64,000 bases of DNA, taken from the NCBI GenBank assembly GCA_964270895.1, contig OZ185435.1; one strand, 5' to 3'. The position numbers were made by a program, and so were the translations under genes. Positions within the stretch are counted from its first letter, which is position 1. The number at the start of each line of letters is the position of its first letter. This document shows, piece by piece, positions 23,984 through 34,480 of this stretch. The notes beneath the pieces were generated by a model. It made no database searches. It had not been told where the DNA came from and saw only the letters and a list, made by a program, of their open reading frames with translations. The DNA comes from Podarcis filfolensis (taxonomy: Eukaryota).

Positions 23984-24559
23984 GGTACCGATGCTTCAAG
24001 GCGGTGATGTTCCTGACAGGACTGATGTTTGGCTCCGTGATCATCTTCATGTTGTGCTACAAAGAGCGGGTGCTGGACACCCAGCTGAGTGTCGAGGCCT
24101 CCGTGGGCATCGGGCTGGGCATCGGGGTACTCTGCGGGCTGGTGACCATGCTTGTGCGCAGCGTTGGGCTCTTCATGGTCGGGCTGCTGCTGGGGCTGCT
24201 GCTGGCGGTGGCTGCGCTGGTGGTGATGGAGCAGTTCTACCACCCGCCTACCGTCTGGATCCCCATCGGTTTGCTGCTCGGCGTGGGCATGCTGTGTGCG
24301 GTGCTCACCTTGCAGTGGCAGCGCCTCTTCACCACGCTCTCCACCGCTGTCTTTGGCAGTGCCGTCATGACCGCCACTGCCGACTACTTTGTTGAGCTCT
24401 TCCTGCTGCTGCAGTACGTCTACGAGCGCGTCAAGGTAGCTCCCGCCCGGCCCATCTGCTGGTACAGCTGGGTCATCTTGGGCACTTGGCCAGTCCTGGC
24501 ACTGTTGGGCGTCCTGGTGCAGTGGAAAGTCACGGCAGAGGGATATTCCCACACGGAAG
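23984..24559 (+). CDS. TMEM198: Transmembrane protein 198, coding exon 2 (multi-pass TM core)
   Basis: [36 protein letters not shown]...[14 protein letters not shown]. Acceptor TTCCTCAG|GG, donor GAAG|GTGAGT. Phase consistent. Confidence 0.97.
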
Positions 24560-25355
24560 GTGAGTGTGGTGCAGCAGGGTGGGTAGGAAGGGGGGTGGAC
24601 ATTGGCATAAAATTTGAACTGTCATCTTCACTTGCCTGTGGTTCTTATTGCCAGAAGGAAAACATTAGTGATTTCAGCCAGGAAGACAGGCTGTGTCCCA
24701 GCTGTGGTTATAAACCGGGAGCCATCTTGAAGTTCCCTTTTCCACAAATTTGGCTGAGGGAGAGGGGAGAAGACACACAAGTCTGCCCCCTAACAATTAA
24801 ATTGAGGATTATTTTTTATCTGTTGTTAAGAATTTAGCAGAAATTAACCAATTAATGCTTTGAACCCTTATTCTGAGTTACAGAGGGTACATTCCAGAGG
24901 GTACACCTTTTCTCTGAGAGCTAAACTACTACATATTGCATCCAAACAGTAGTTGCAACAAGCCTGTTAGCAGGTGATGCCTTGTATGAAAAGCATGAAT
25001 CATGCTCAGCCACCTTGAGATTCCTGCTGTAGTGAAAGGAGGCTAGCTCCCTTAGGTAGCAAATGCTGCTATGTGCTGGCACCTCATTTATCTCAGTGGC
25101 AGCTTCCTGGAATAAAAATGGTTTGGAACTTTGCACCTTGAGGCTACAGGTGCATTCCCCAGTCACCACACCTAATACTAAATGTTGGCTCTGCCAATTA
25201 TGAATTTACCTGGTAATGGGAGGTGGTATCCCAACTCTGCTTTTGGCTTTCACTTCATCCCACAGCAAAGCATTCCAGTAGTGGCATCTGCTTGGTACCT
25301 TGGGCCACCCCTTCTGACCACACCCCCTTCTCTTCTCTCTCCTGCCCCCCCCCAG

Positions 25356-25546
25356 TGATTATCAGTCGGCAGCAGCGCCGTGTTCAGCTGATGCGGATCA
25401 AGCAACGAGAAGAGCGCAAGGAGAAGAAGAAGAAGAGGCGGCCACACCCCCATCCCCACGTGCAACACAAGGCCCACCCACCGGAGCCTGCCTACCGTCG
25501 CAAGCCTAATCCTGTGCGCCGATTTGATGGGGATGTGCTCTCCCCA
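25356..25546 (+). CDS. TMEM198: Transmembrane protein 198, coding exon 3
   Basis: [29 protein letters not shown]...[22 protein letters not shown]. Acceptor CCCCAG|TG, donor CCA|GTGAGT. Confidence 0.95.
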
Positions 25547-27010
25547 GTGAGTCAATGCCAGTGCCCTCCTGCACAGGGCTAGGGTGGTGGGACTGTATGT
25601 ATTACACTGCAAAGAATCCAGCTCCCTAGGGGTAAAGACTGATGGGAGTCAACTTGCTCCCAGTTCTATTCCTCCAGGCTTTCCTGCTGTTTCCTTTGCT
25701 TTTGGATCATCAGTGACACACTTCCGCCTTAAGAGCCAGCCCTGTCAGTCACGCTTTCCACATTAAGAAACCCATCTGTATAGGACAGAAGTGTCTCTGG
25801 CTTCTGCACCCTTTGCTTCCCACACTCCATTCATATGGACTATCTGTATGGAATTCCCATAGAGGGAGGAGCAGGGAAACAGTTCGGTGGGACTCCCAGC
25901 ACTGTTGGCCACTCCCACCCCCCACTGATGCCTCTATATGCAGGAAGCCCAGTGCGAGACAAGAACACCATGGCATAACATATATGGAGGGAAAATGGGT
26001 AGAGAAACCTTGTCCAAGTTCTGCTTTTTGCTCTACATTTGGCAGTTTCAGTTGGGAACCAAAAGCAGAGCTCTGTGTCTCTTAACATTTTCTTCGTGTG
26101 TCTCTGGAAGTTCTCCTCAACCCATGGAGGTTTCTCTGCCTAGTACACATAGTGTTGTCAGGTGGTTCTTGGGGAGCTTTGCTAATTGATGCGGGGGAAA
26201 GGCAGTGACTTCCTCATGACATAGCAGAAGAACAGGGTGATCTTTAAATGAAAGTGAACATGCTTAACTATGCCAGCCAATGCATACATCCAGTAAGTCT
26301 CTCATCAATTCATTCCCAAAGTCTTCCCAAGTACAAATAGCCTGGGACAAGCTGTGCTCTGTTGTGGCACCCTCCCTGTACTAGGGTGTTGAGCTTCATA
26401 GAAAACTAAGGTATTGTGATCTGTTCAAAATTGCAAGGTAACAGGGCTCTGACAGTGCCCCAGTATGGCCAATATGGAACGTGTGAATGGCAGCCACGCG
26501 TTCTTAAACTTTTATGGACAGGCACCATAGAATATTGAATGGTTGTCTGTGGCTTCTGGACATATGCAGATTATCTGTCTAATAATGCACATCTGCAGTT
26601 CACACTTTTACTGTTCACACCTCACTGCAGCCCTTAGTTTTCCTGATCACAGCACAGAGAGGCAAACCTCAGCCTCCCTACCAGTCATTTCCAGCAGGAC
26701 CAGGAGCTCCTCCTACACCTACCCCAGGAAGCACTATGAGCCCTTTCCAGTAGATGTGGGAGAAAATAAATCCTATTACATCTCAAGGCATTGTGTGGAA
26801 GAACAGCTGGTTCTTGGTTACTTGCAAGGAGAGGGTGATATGGCAGCCATTAGGAAGGGCCTTGTCCCAGGAATTGAGGTGGGAAGAGGCTGGACCTGCC
26901 CAAAGCACTCAGGAGCAAGTCTCAGGCAAGTCCTTCCACACAGGGAAGTTTCAATCACAGATGGGGGATGGAGGCAGCACCCTCATCTTCTGCTTTCCTC
27001 CTCCTTGTAG

Positions 27011-27157
27011 AGCTACATACAGAGCTTCCGGGAACGGCAGACGGGATCCTCTCTCAACAGCCTCCTGGCCAACGCTCATGCCGCCATTGACATTGACTAT
27101 GACTGTGGCTCCACCGTGCCCCTGACAACGGGCTCTGGCCCTGCAATGCGGGTATAG
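27011..27157 (+). CDS. TMEM198: Transmembrane protein 198, last coding exon
   Basis: [48 protein letters not shown] after acceptor CTCCTTGTAG|AGC. Spliced CDS is 1077 nt (358 aa). Confidence 0.95.
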   Translation, partial: SYIQSFRERQTGSSLNSLLANAHAAIDIDYDCGSTVPLTTGSGPAMRV

Positions 27158-29676
27158 TGCAGCACCTCCCGCCAGGTCACAAGGACGCTGCCCTCGCACG
27201 GTCACGCAGGTCAGGCCGTGTGGGCTTAGCCTAGCGCCTGTGTTCCTGTGAGGACTTGCAGATACTCTTTGCTGGCATTCGTAGACCTGGCCTGGACATG
27301 CAGTTGTAGCCCAGTTTCTCTCACACTGCAAGGATATGCGGAATTCTCCCCAGTGCAACTCTGGCTTCAGCTAAGCTGCCCTGCAACAAGGGGCAAGGAA
27401 AGCGTACATGAGCAGGTGCTTGGGGCAAAGGGCTGAAGAGAGACCTGGTTGCTAACCCACCCGAGCCAGGACTGCGGAACGCAGTGAAGGGTGAAAAGGA
27501 AAGAGCCAATTGCCTGCATGAAAATGACAAGGAACTGTCAACATTCCCCACCCACCACTGTTGGAGTGACTCATAGATGGAGGGGCCAACGGGGTGTTCC
27601 TGTGCTGTTGTCTTGCCACACGATGGACCCACTCCTTGTCCTGGAGCTTTGTCTTTGCCTGAACTGACCCCCGCAAGGACTTTTTCAGGGCACAAGTGGT
27701 AGGATTTGACTCAGTTCACTCTAGTCTGGCTGGGGCAGCCAGCTCAGGGAAATGGGGTCCTCTGGGCCCCGGGCCCCTTGCCCATACCAGTGCCTGGCAT
27801 ACTGTTTGAATGGGCAACTCAAGGAGGGAAGGGAGGAGGGAGGGGTGGGCATCTGGGCCACCTGGGCTGGGCTGTCTAACTGTTGAAGTGTGCAAGTGTG
27901 AGTGTGTGAGCGTGTGTGAGGTGGAGCTGGAGCAAGTATGGGGCATTCGGCTGGTATCCAGGCAATGAGCCTTTTCGATACCCCCCTTCTACTTCCCCTT
28001 CCCCCTGTTCCTCATTTTGGAGTGAGGGTCAGGGTAGTCAGGGGACTGGGACTGGGGGGAACATCCATGTACATATTCTTGTTGCAGTTATTTGTATTAA
28101 TTTATTATTGACAAAGAGTTGGGCCTGAAGAGCTCTGCTGGACCCGGGGTTGGGGGGACAGGGTCCTGCAGTCTTCGTATCTTTCCCTTCAGGCCCATGC
28201 CTGGGGATGGGTGTCACCCTTTTTTACCCTACCTAGCCTCAAAGAGCTGGGGTGGGAGTGTCCCCCTGCACAGGACCCTGTCAAAGTGTGGTGGCCCCCA
28301 CATTTGGAGCTTGTCTCCTTGTTATCTATCATGTGGGAGGTGGGGGCTGTGAGTCTCTCAGTGTCTCCTCTTTAAGGGGACAGGAGCAGGGAAGATTCAC
28401 CACCTGTTTCAGGATGGGGGCAAGGGAGGGTCCAGCACAGCTCAGAAAAGCCTCTCCTTCATGGAGAAACTGCATGTTTCTGTCACCAATCGCCACTGTT
28501 GTCACCACAGAAACCTTGCACTCTCGTTTTTCTTTGTTTTGTCCTCTCTTTCTCTTTGTATATGTGCCAAACGCTGCCGGGCTGCGGCTGCGCAAGTAAA
28601 AAAAAAAGCCTTTCAGAGCAGCCTCTCCATGAATGAAATGGGCCACAAGCGTTGGACTACGGCACAAACACTACCACACATGCATGAGCTTGGATCTTGG
28701 ACATGGGCATGAGGCAAGCCTGGACTGGGCACAGAAGGAGAATGAGGGTGAGGAATGGGGTCAACAACTTGAGGCAGCATGTGCAGCAGATCTTTAACCA
28801 GAAGAGATCCTGAGCCACCACTTCTTTCTGCATGGCAGTAGCATGGCAAACAATGGGTCTGTGCACATGGTGGTGGTCGGGGGGCACGAGCAGAACCTTG
28901 TTTGGAGGAAAGAGACCAGAGGAACATAGAGACCCCACTTGCAGAAAATTGGTCCATCTAGCTCAGTACTGTCTGCACCAATTAGCAGCAGCTCTCCAGA
29001 GTTTCAGGCAGGAAGTTCTCCCAATCCTACTTGTGGATGCTAAAGCTTGAACCTGATCCCATCTGCGCATAGACCCTAGGCCCTTTCCCTGTGCTGTGTT
29101 GGCTGATGAGAGTTGTCGTCCAAAACATGGACAGCATTCTGTTGGGGAAGGCTGCTCCAGAGCAGGGAGGCAAACGTTAAACCATAGTTTTAGTTACACC
29201 CCAGACAATCCCTTCTTTGCACCCCCATCTGTGGGCTCTCTTCACAGCCCATGGCCCTTCCTTCCTCTTCTCGGACTTCAGGTTTTACCAGAGGGGTGGG
29301 GCTTAGAAATACATATGCACACACCTATCTATGCTGCCCAGTGTATGCGCCCTGGCATGGGGCTCTTCCCACCTCTTTTGCGAAGCCGGGTGTTGCCTCA
29401 GCCTCTCTTCTGCAATGGGGCATTGAGAGAAGGAGGAAACAGCAGTCGCCTGTTACAGCAACACACCCACCTACTCGCCTGTGTTTTCTAGATACTGCAG
29501 GGGAGCTGTCCCTGCAGTTTAAAAAGCCTTACACTGGAGCGTGCTGAAGGGTGTGCTCAGGCACAGGTGGCACAGCTCCAGCGCCTCACCATCCTTCTGC
29601 TTGTCTAGGCAACTGATGAGACATCCTGCCCAGAAGAGCCATCTCACCTACCAAAGAGCACCAGCATAACAACAAT

Positions 29677-29711
29677 AATAAACAAACCAGGAATCATGAG
29701 CATTTAATAAA
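29677..29711. terminator. Cluster of polyadenylation signals on both strands
   Basis: AATAAA(+) at 29677-29682 and 29706-29711. ATTAAA(-) at 29708-29703, followed on the minus strand by U/GU-rich TGGTTTGTTTATTATTGTTGTT. Confidence 0.55.
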
Positions 29712-30405
29712 AGCAGATCTTGCTTCCCTTGTCATGCAGAAGAGGGAGATAGGAAGAGGAATTCTCTCTCTTTGTGTGTGTGTGTGTCCATTCTTCAGGC
29801 TGTCCATGCAAGTGTCAAACATGCTGTCTCCTCCTTCCCCTGGTAGCCCCAGGGCTTTCCATGCTCACCCATGCTCTTTTGCTCACAGGGTCTCCCTGAT
29901 GCTAGCGCTCTGTGGAGAGAATAAGGCATTAGAGAGAAATGCTATCAAGGCAGAGGCACCGTTCAACCACCTCTCCTTCCCTCAGTGATACTGCTTAGAC
30001 CAGGGTTAGGGGACCTGTGGCCCTCCAGGTGCTCAGTCCCAGCCAACGGGGCCAGTGATGCGGGCTGATGGGAGTCCCAACAGCAACTGTGGGGCACCAC
30101 ACTGGCTACCCATGGCGTACACAGTCTCTTGTTGAACCCAAGCACACAGCCCAGCTTCCCCTTCTTCATTTTGTCACCCAGCACCAATGTGTCATCTCAC
30201 TGTCTTCTTGTGACCTGGCTAGGTCACAGCAGCGCCCAAGACCATGCAGAAGGACCATGGTTCTTTCTACAGGACAAGGGTTCACCATTCCGCCATTTTA
30301 GGATAGAAAACAGCTTGCATTTTTATGTCCTGGAACACACAAACACACATACCCTCTTCAATTTCTTCCCTGCTACCAACCCGCTCTGCTGCCAGGCACA
30401 CGTAC

Positions 30406-30675
30406 CTCGGACTGTGAGGTGGGCTTTAGAACGGGCATTGCCAATAGTAACTTTCACCATCCCACTCATGCCAGGGGTTGTCTGGCAGAGCCTCAGCCTG
30501 TGGATATGCCCCATGCTCTCCATGCGCACTTGTGAGCTGGGCTGTAAGTCTTCTCCATTGAGACTCCACTGCGGGCTGCATGCCGGGGGAGCAGAGATTT
30601 CGCACTCAAACCGAGCCTCTGCGGGAGCCACCACATCTACGTTCCGCAATGCTCGCACCACCTGGATCCCTTCAG
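30406..30675 (-). CDS. OBSL1: Obscurin-like 1, Ig exon P (most C-terminal Ig found)
   Basis: AEGIQVVRALRNVDVVAPAEARFECEIS...PQWSLNGEDL...IHRLRL...AHLTVR. Acceptor CCCTGCAG|CT, donor CGAG|GTACGT, phase 1-1, intact frame. Confidence 0.85.
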
Positions 30676-30891
30676 CTGCAGGGGCAGAGAACAGAATGAG
30701 TTTTCCATGTGACACAGCAGCCTGCCTGTCCCCCTACAGTGGCTCTGCCTGCTCTTCATCATTATCCCCTCTACCCCTGCCTGGCAGACAACTTCATGCC
30801 AAATCCACAGCATTGTTTGCCAACTCCCCTCTGGGCCCACCCATCTCCACCCCTCTGTAGTTCTTCATGGTACTTGCATGTTCCCCCTGAC

Positions 30892-31158
30892 CTTCCACCA
30901 GCAGACGGGCCGTGGAGCGGTCGTCCAGTGCATCACATGTATACAGGCCCTCATCTGCAGGCTCAACGCTGTGGATAACGAGGGTTCGGTAGCAGTCCAA
31001 GTTGCAGATTTCGTACTTGTTGCCAGCAAAGATCTCTGTGTCTCCACGGAACCAGCGCACTCGGCCACGAGACTGAGACACTGTGCATTCCAGCGTGGCT
31101 TTGTGCCGTGCGAGCACAGTCTTGTCCCTCAGCGGCTTCACGATGCGGATAGGCAGCG
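30892..31158 (-). CDS. OBSL1: Obscurin-like 1, Ig exon O
   Basis: ALPIRIVKPLRDKTVLARHKATLECTVS...DEGLYTCDALDDRSTARLLVE. Acceptor CCATAG|CG, donor GAAG|GTCAGG. Resembles the last human Ig as recalled. Confidence 0.93.
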
Positions 31159-31801
31159 CTATGGAAGCAGCAGACACAAGCACAAGTTCCAGTCCCTCCA
31201 GAGATGGTTGGATCAAAGGCAACCTCCAAAGAGGCTCAAGCTGGCTAGGGATGGAGCCTCAAACCCCACACAGGCACCAACCTTTGTCCTTTGCTAGATA
31301 CGATACATGCCCAGCAACCTGCCTAACATGCAATCCTACCATTCATCAACACAAGTTGTGTGTTCCCTTAAGTTGATACCAACTCATACATGCATCCATT
31401 CATAGATCTTCCCAGTTACAGGCCTGCTTGCCCAGGCTCCCCACATCACACACACACTTTCCTGCCACACCTGCTAATTCCAGCCCATTCTTCCCACCTG
31501 CCTATGTTGCAGAGTATATAGGCTGAAAAATGTAGAAAATGTGGCAGAAAGTATCTTATGGTTGGTCAGGTTGAGATTATGCTCATAACCTTGTGTAATG
31601 GAAATCTCTCTATATAATAGTACAGCCAGTGACCCAGAGTAACAGAGATCTCCATTTATCAAAACACTGTGAATCCATAACATACATTGGGTGGCATCAC
31701 ACTTCTCCTGCAATGGTCAATCACATCAATTCATGTTTGCCTATCATTGCAATCCATTCTCACATGATAGCTGAGGGCCAATGGTGAAGCAGCTCCCTTA
31801 C

Positions 31802-31906
31802 CCTCCACTTCCAGGCGGGCTTCAGAAGCAGCTGCCTTTGCCACAAAGCGGACCTGGCCCGAATCCTCAGGACGGACACAGCACAGGAGCAGAAAGTGCC
31901 GGGTTC
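31802..31906 (-). CDS. OBSL1: Obscurin-like 1, exon N2 (second half of a split Ig)
   Basis: GTRHFLLLCCVRPEDSGQVRFVAKAAASEARLEVE. Acceptor TTTGACAG|GA, donor GAGG|GTAAGG. Confidence 0.92.
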
Positions 31907-32205
31907 CTGTCAAAGATGAGGAATGCCATCATTCTTAAGAGGGCAGGAGGGTTTCTGCTGCCAGCCCCAGGGAGGACAGGTGTGTGTTGCAATGGCGGTA
32001 ACTGGAACTACAGATGCTCCACATATCAGCTGTGCTGCTTATTGAGGTAACTATGTGCGTGATCCTATACTCAAGATCTGCAGGCTGATGGGCTTTAGAA
32101 AGTGGTGGAAGCCCATCGGCATGACACATATGCTGGCAAAACTCTTCCTCTCATATGCTGATGGAGTCAAGGGCTGAGAGGAGCATACTTGCATCAAATC
32201 CTATA

Positions 32206-32447
32206 CAGTCAAACCTTTGGTTTTTGAACGTCTCGGCTGCCGAATGTTTTGGAAGCTGAACGCTGAAAACCTGAAAGTGAATGCTTCCGTTTTTGAACAC
32301 GCCTCGGAAGTCAAATGGCTTCCAAGGTGTGTTTCTCAATTTTCCCCATTGAACTTGCTGACAGCCCTTTGATTCTTGGTTTTTGAACGTTTTGGAAGTT
32401 GAACAGACTTCCGGAACAGATTATGTTCGAAAACCGAGGTTCCACTG
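32206..32447. mobile_element. 242-bp Tigger-like MITE
   Basis: Imperfect TIRs CAGTCAAACCTTTGGTTTTTGAAC / GTTCGAAAACCGAGGTTCCACTG, with TA at 32204-32205 and 32448-32449. Confidence 0.8.
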
Positions 32448-33499
32448 TACTCCTACCATAGCCAGGCCAACACCCTTGGCTGTACAACTTCACGTTAGTA
32501 CCACTTTCCATGGACTTCAGTGTGACAAGGGAGGGGAATAGCTGCCCAGCCCCACACACCTCCTGTCCCACCCAAGTACATAGGACACAATGTAAGCCTG
32601 CAGCCCATCCCACCACCACCAGTATATAAATTTCATGCAGGCAGACAACAGCTCAAATGATAGGCTATATAGCCTAGGTCTGTCTTTTTCTAGCCTCATG
32701 TCATGCACAATTAGAGCTTCCCAGAAGGAACTCTGGGGATAGGAAACACTCTGATAGGGTCTTCAATTCTGCCCCACCCATGTCCTTTGTCACATGTCAT
32801 GTCTGAACTGTCCAGTTCTGACACCCTTCTCCTCCAAGAGGAGGGAGCAGTGTCTTCCACACAGGTGGAGGCACTCACTCCCACATTTAGGTAAGCATTC
32901 TGTTGGCAAAGGCCAGGCAATCCACTCTAACCATTGCAAACACTGATCAAACACTCCTGAGCACTTTTTCCTTGGTGGATCATGTTACGTAGCTCATTCC
33001 AGAAGGGAATCTGCATGCATGGGGAAGGTGATTGCCCGCAGAGAGCTATGGAGTGGAATGGAAGCAAACTTCAGTCAAGAAACTGGCTCATGGTATTAAG
33101 CAGACGGGAAGGTCTGTACGGATGGCAAAAATGCCTCTTGCTGCCTGGACTCTGCAATGTGGGGAGCAAAAATGCTGACAAGGCCTTAGTCAAGCTAAGA
33201 CAGTACGTCAGTACAGAGAAGATACGAAGATTTGTTACTCCATTTGGCTAGCAGCACTAGACGACCTTCATGATTCTCCCTACATGAGAATATATCAGTC
33301 CCATAAAACAATGGTAAACTGTTTCTGCAGATGTCTGCCCCATGACTTGCCAGTTACGAATACAGAAGAGATTTTATTTTTTGTGAGGAAAAGTGAGGTG
33401 ACAACAAACAATAAATCAAAAGGCAGAACATTTGGGGTATCAATGGTGGATCAAAAAGAGATTGTGCTTAGTGCTACAGCTCACTTCTTTGCTTTATTT

Positions 33500-34480
33500 T
33501 ATTTTGTTATACTTCTTTTCATTTCAATTTATGTTTAGCTTAGCACCAGTTTGCTAATATGCCTTTGCTTATTCTGGGGCCTTGGGAACCCAGTTTACCT
33601 TTTCGCCTTCTCTTTGAGAGAAGAAAGGCTTTCTTGCTTTGAAACTGTCCCTTCTTTGGTTTTGAAGAAATATTATAATAATATTCCCCTAAACTAGCCC
33701 TTTGGGTCGGGATCTCTGGCTTACAAGCAATCTTGAGCAGATTTAACTTTTAGCAGTTTTTATATATACAGTTTTCTTATTTAATTTTTGCTTGTTTCCT
33801 GGTGAGGGTTAAATGTCACAATTTTGTTTCTCAGTCTTTCCCCTCCACTTGGATTCTTCTGAATCCTACCAATTGGATCCATCTTCCAAATCTCCCCTAA
33901 GCCCACAGTAACTTGTTCCTTTGAGGCCCTGCTTGGATAGGTAGATATACTTTCATTTCTCTTTTCATAATATTTAGACCATAAGTACTAGGTAACATAG
34001 CATTAGCTTAAACTGGTCTGGTGCGAGTTTTAGGTGAGAAATCAAAGTAGAGTTGGTTTAAGTTTTACATGCCAAAATTTTTGTTTGACATAGTTGTTCC
34101 ATCAGATTTTTTTTTATATTTTTCTTCTGTCTAAGTAGAGCTAAATTTAAAAGGTAAATTTTTATTAATCCCAACACAACATAGAACAGTTATTTCACTT
34201 TGGGGCTTCAGATTGCATATTCATATCCTATTTTGTTTTTTTCCTGTAATCATTGTATTTTATTGTATTATATACACTGTTCTTTATATTATCCTTTCCT
34301 TCTCAAGGTTCATTAATATATTATGTCCTTTTAATTTCTCTTGAATATTCTTTATGCTTACATCTTTTATAAACTGAAACGCATTCTGCTGATGCGCTTC
34401 AAATACATTTCCTGGACTCATTTCAGGCTCTGGTATCTGGCCACAACCTTCTTGCCAACTGGGGCAAATTAAGGACTCTG
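33500..34480 (-). mobile_element. Old L1-clade LINE remnant (endonuclease region), sense to OBSL1
   Basis: A-rich minus strand with degenerate EN-like motifs in the expected order: VGINKNLPFK (34175-34146), STYGLN (33989-33972, cf. IYAPN) and LG(G)DF..MDP (about 33900-33874). Boundaries approximate. Confidence 0.55.

Noticed and set aside
23980-24608. Minus-strand ORF of 190 aa and alternative-frame ORFs over TMEM198 exon 2
   Set aside because: Shadow frames of a GC3-rich coding exon. The same applies to plus-strand ORFs opposite the OBSL1 exons.
24560-24837. ORF extension past the TMEM198 exon 2 donor (317-aa ORF)
   Set aside because: Homology stops at a canonical GTGAGT donor and resumes in frame at 25356.
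23019-27010. Search for an intronic miRNA or snoRNA in TMEM198 introns
   Set aside because: No convincing hairpin or C/D or H/ACA box arrangement was found by eye.
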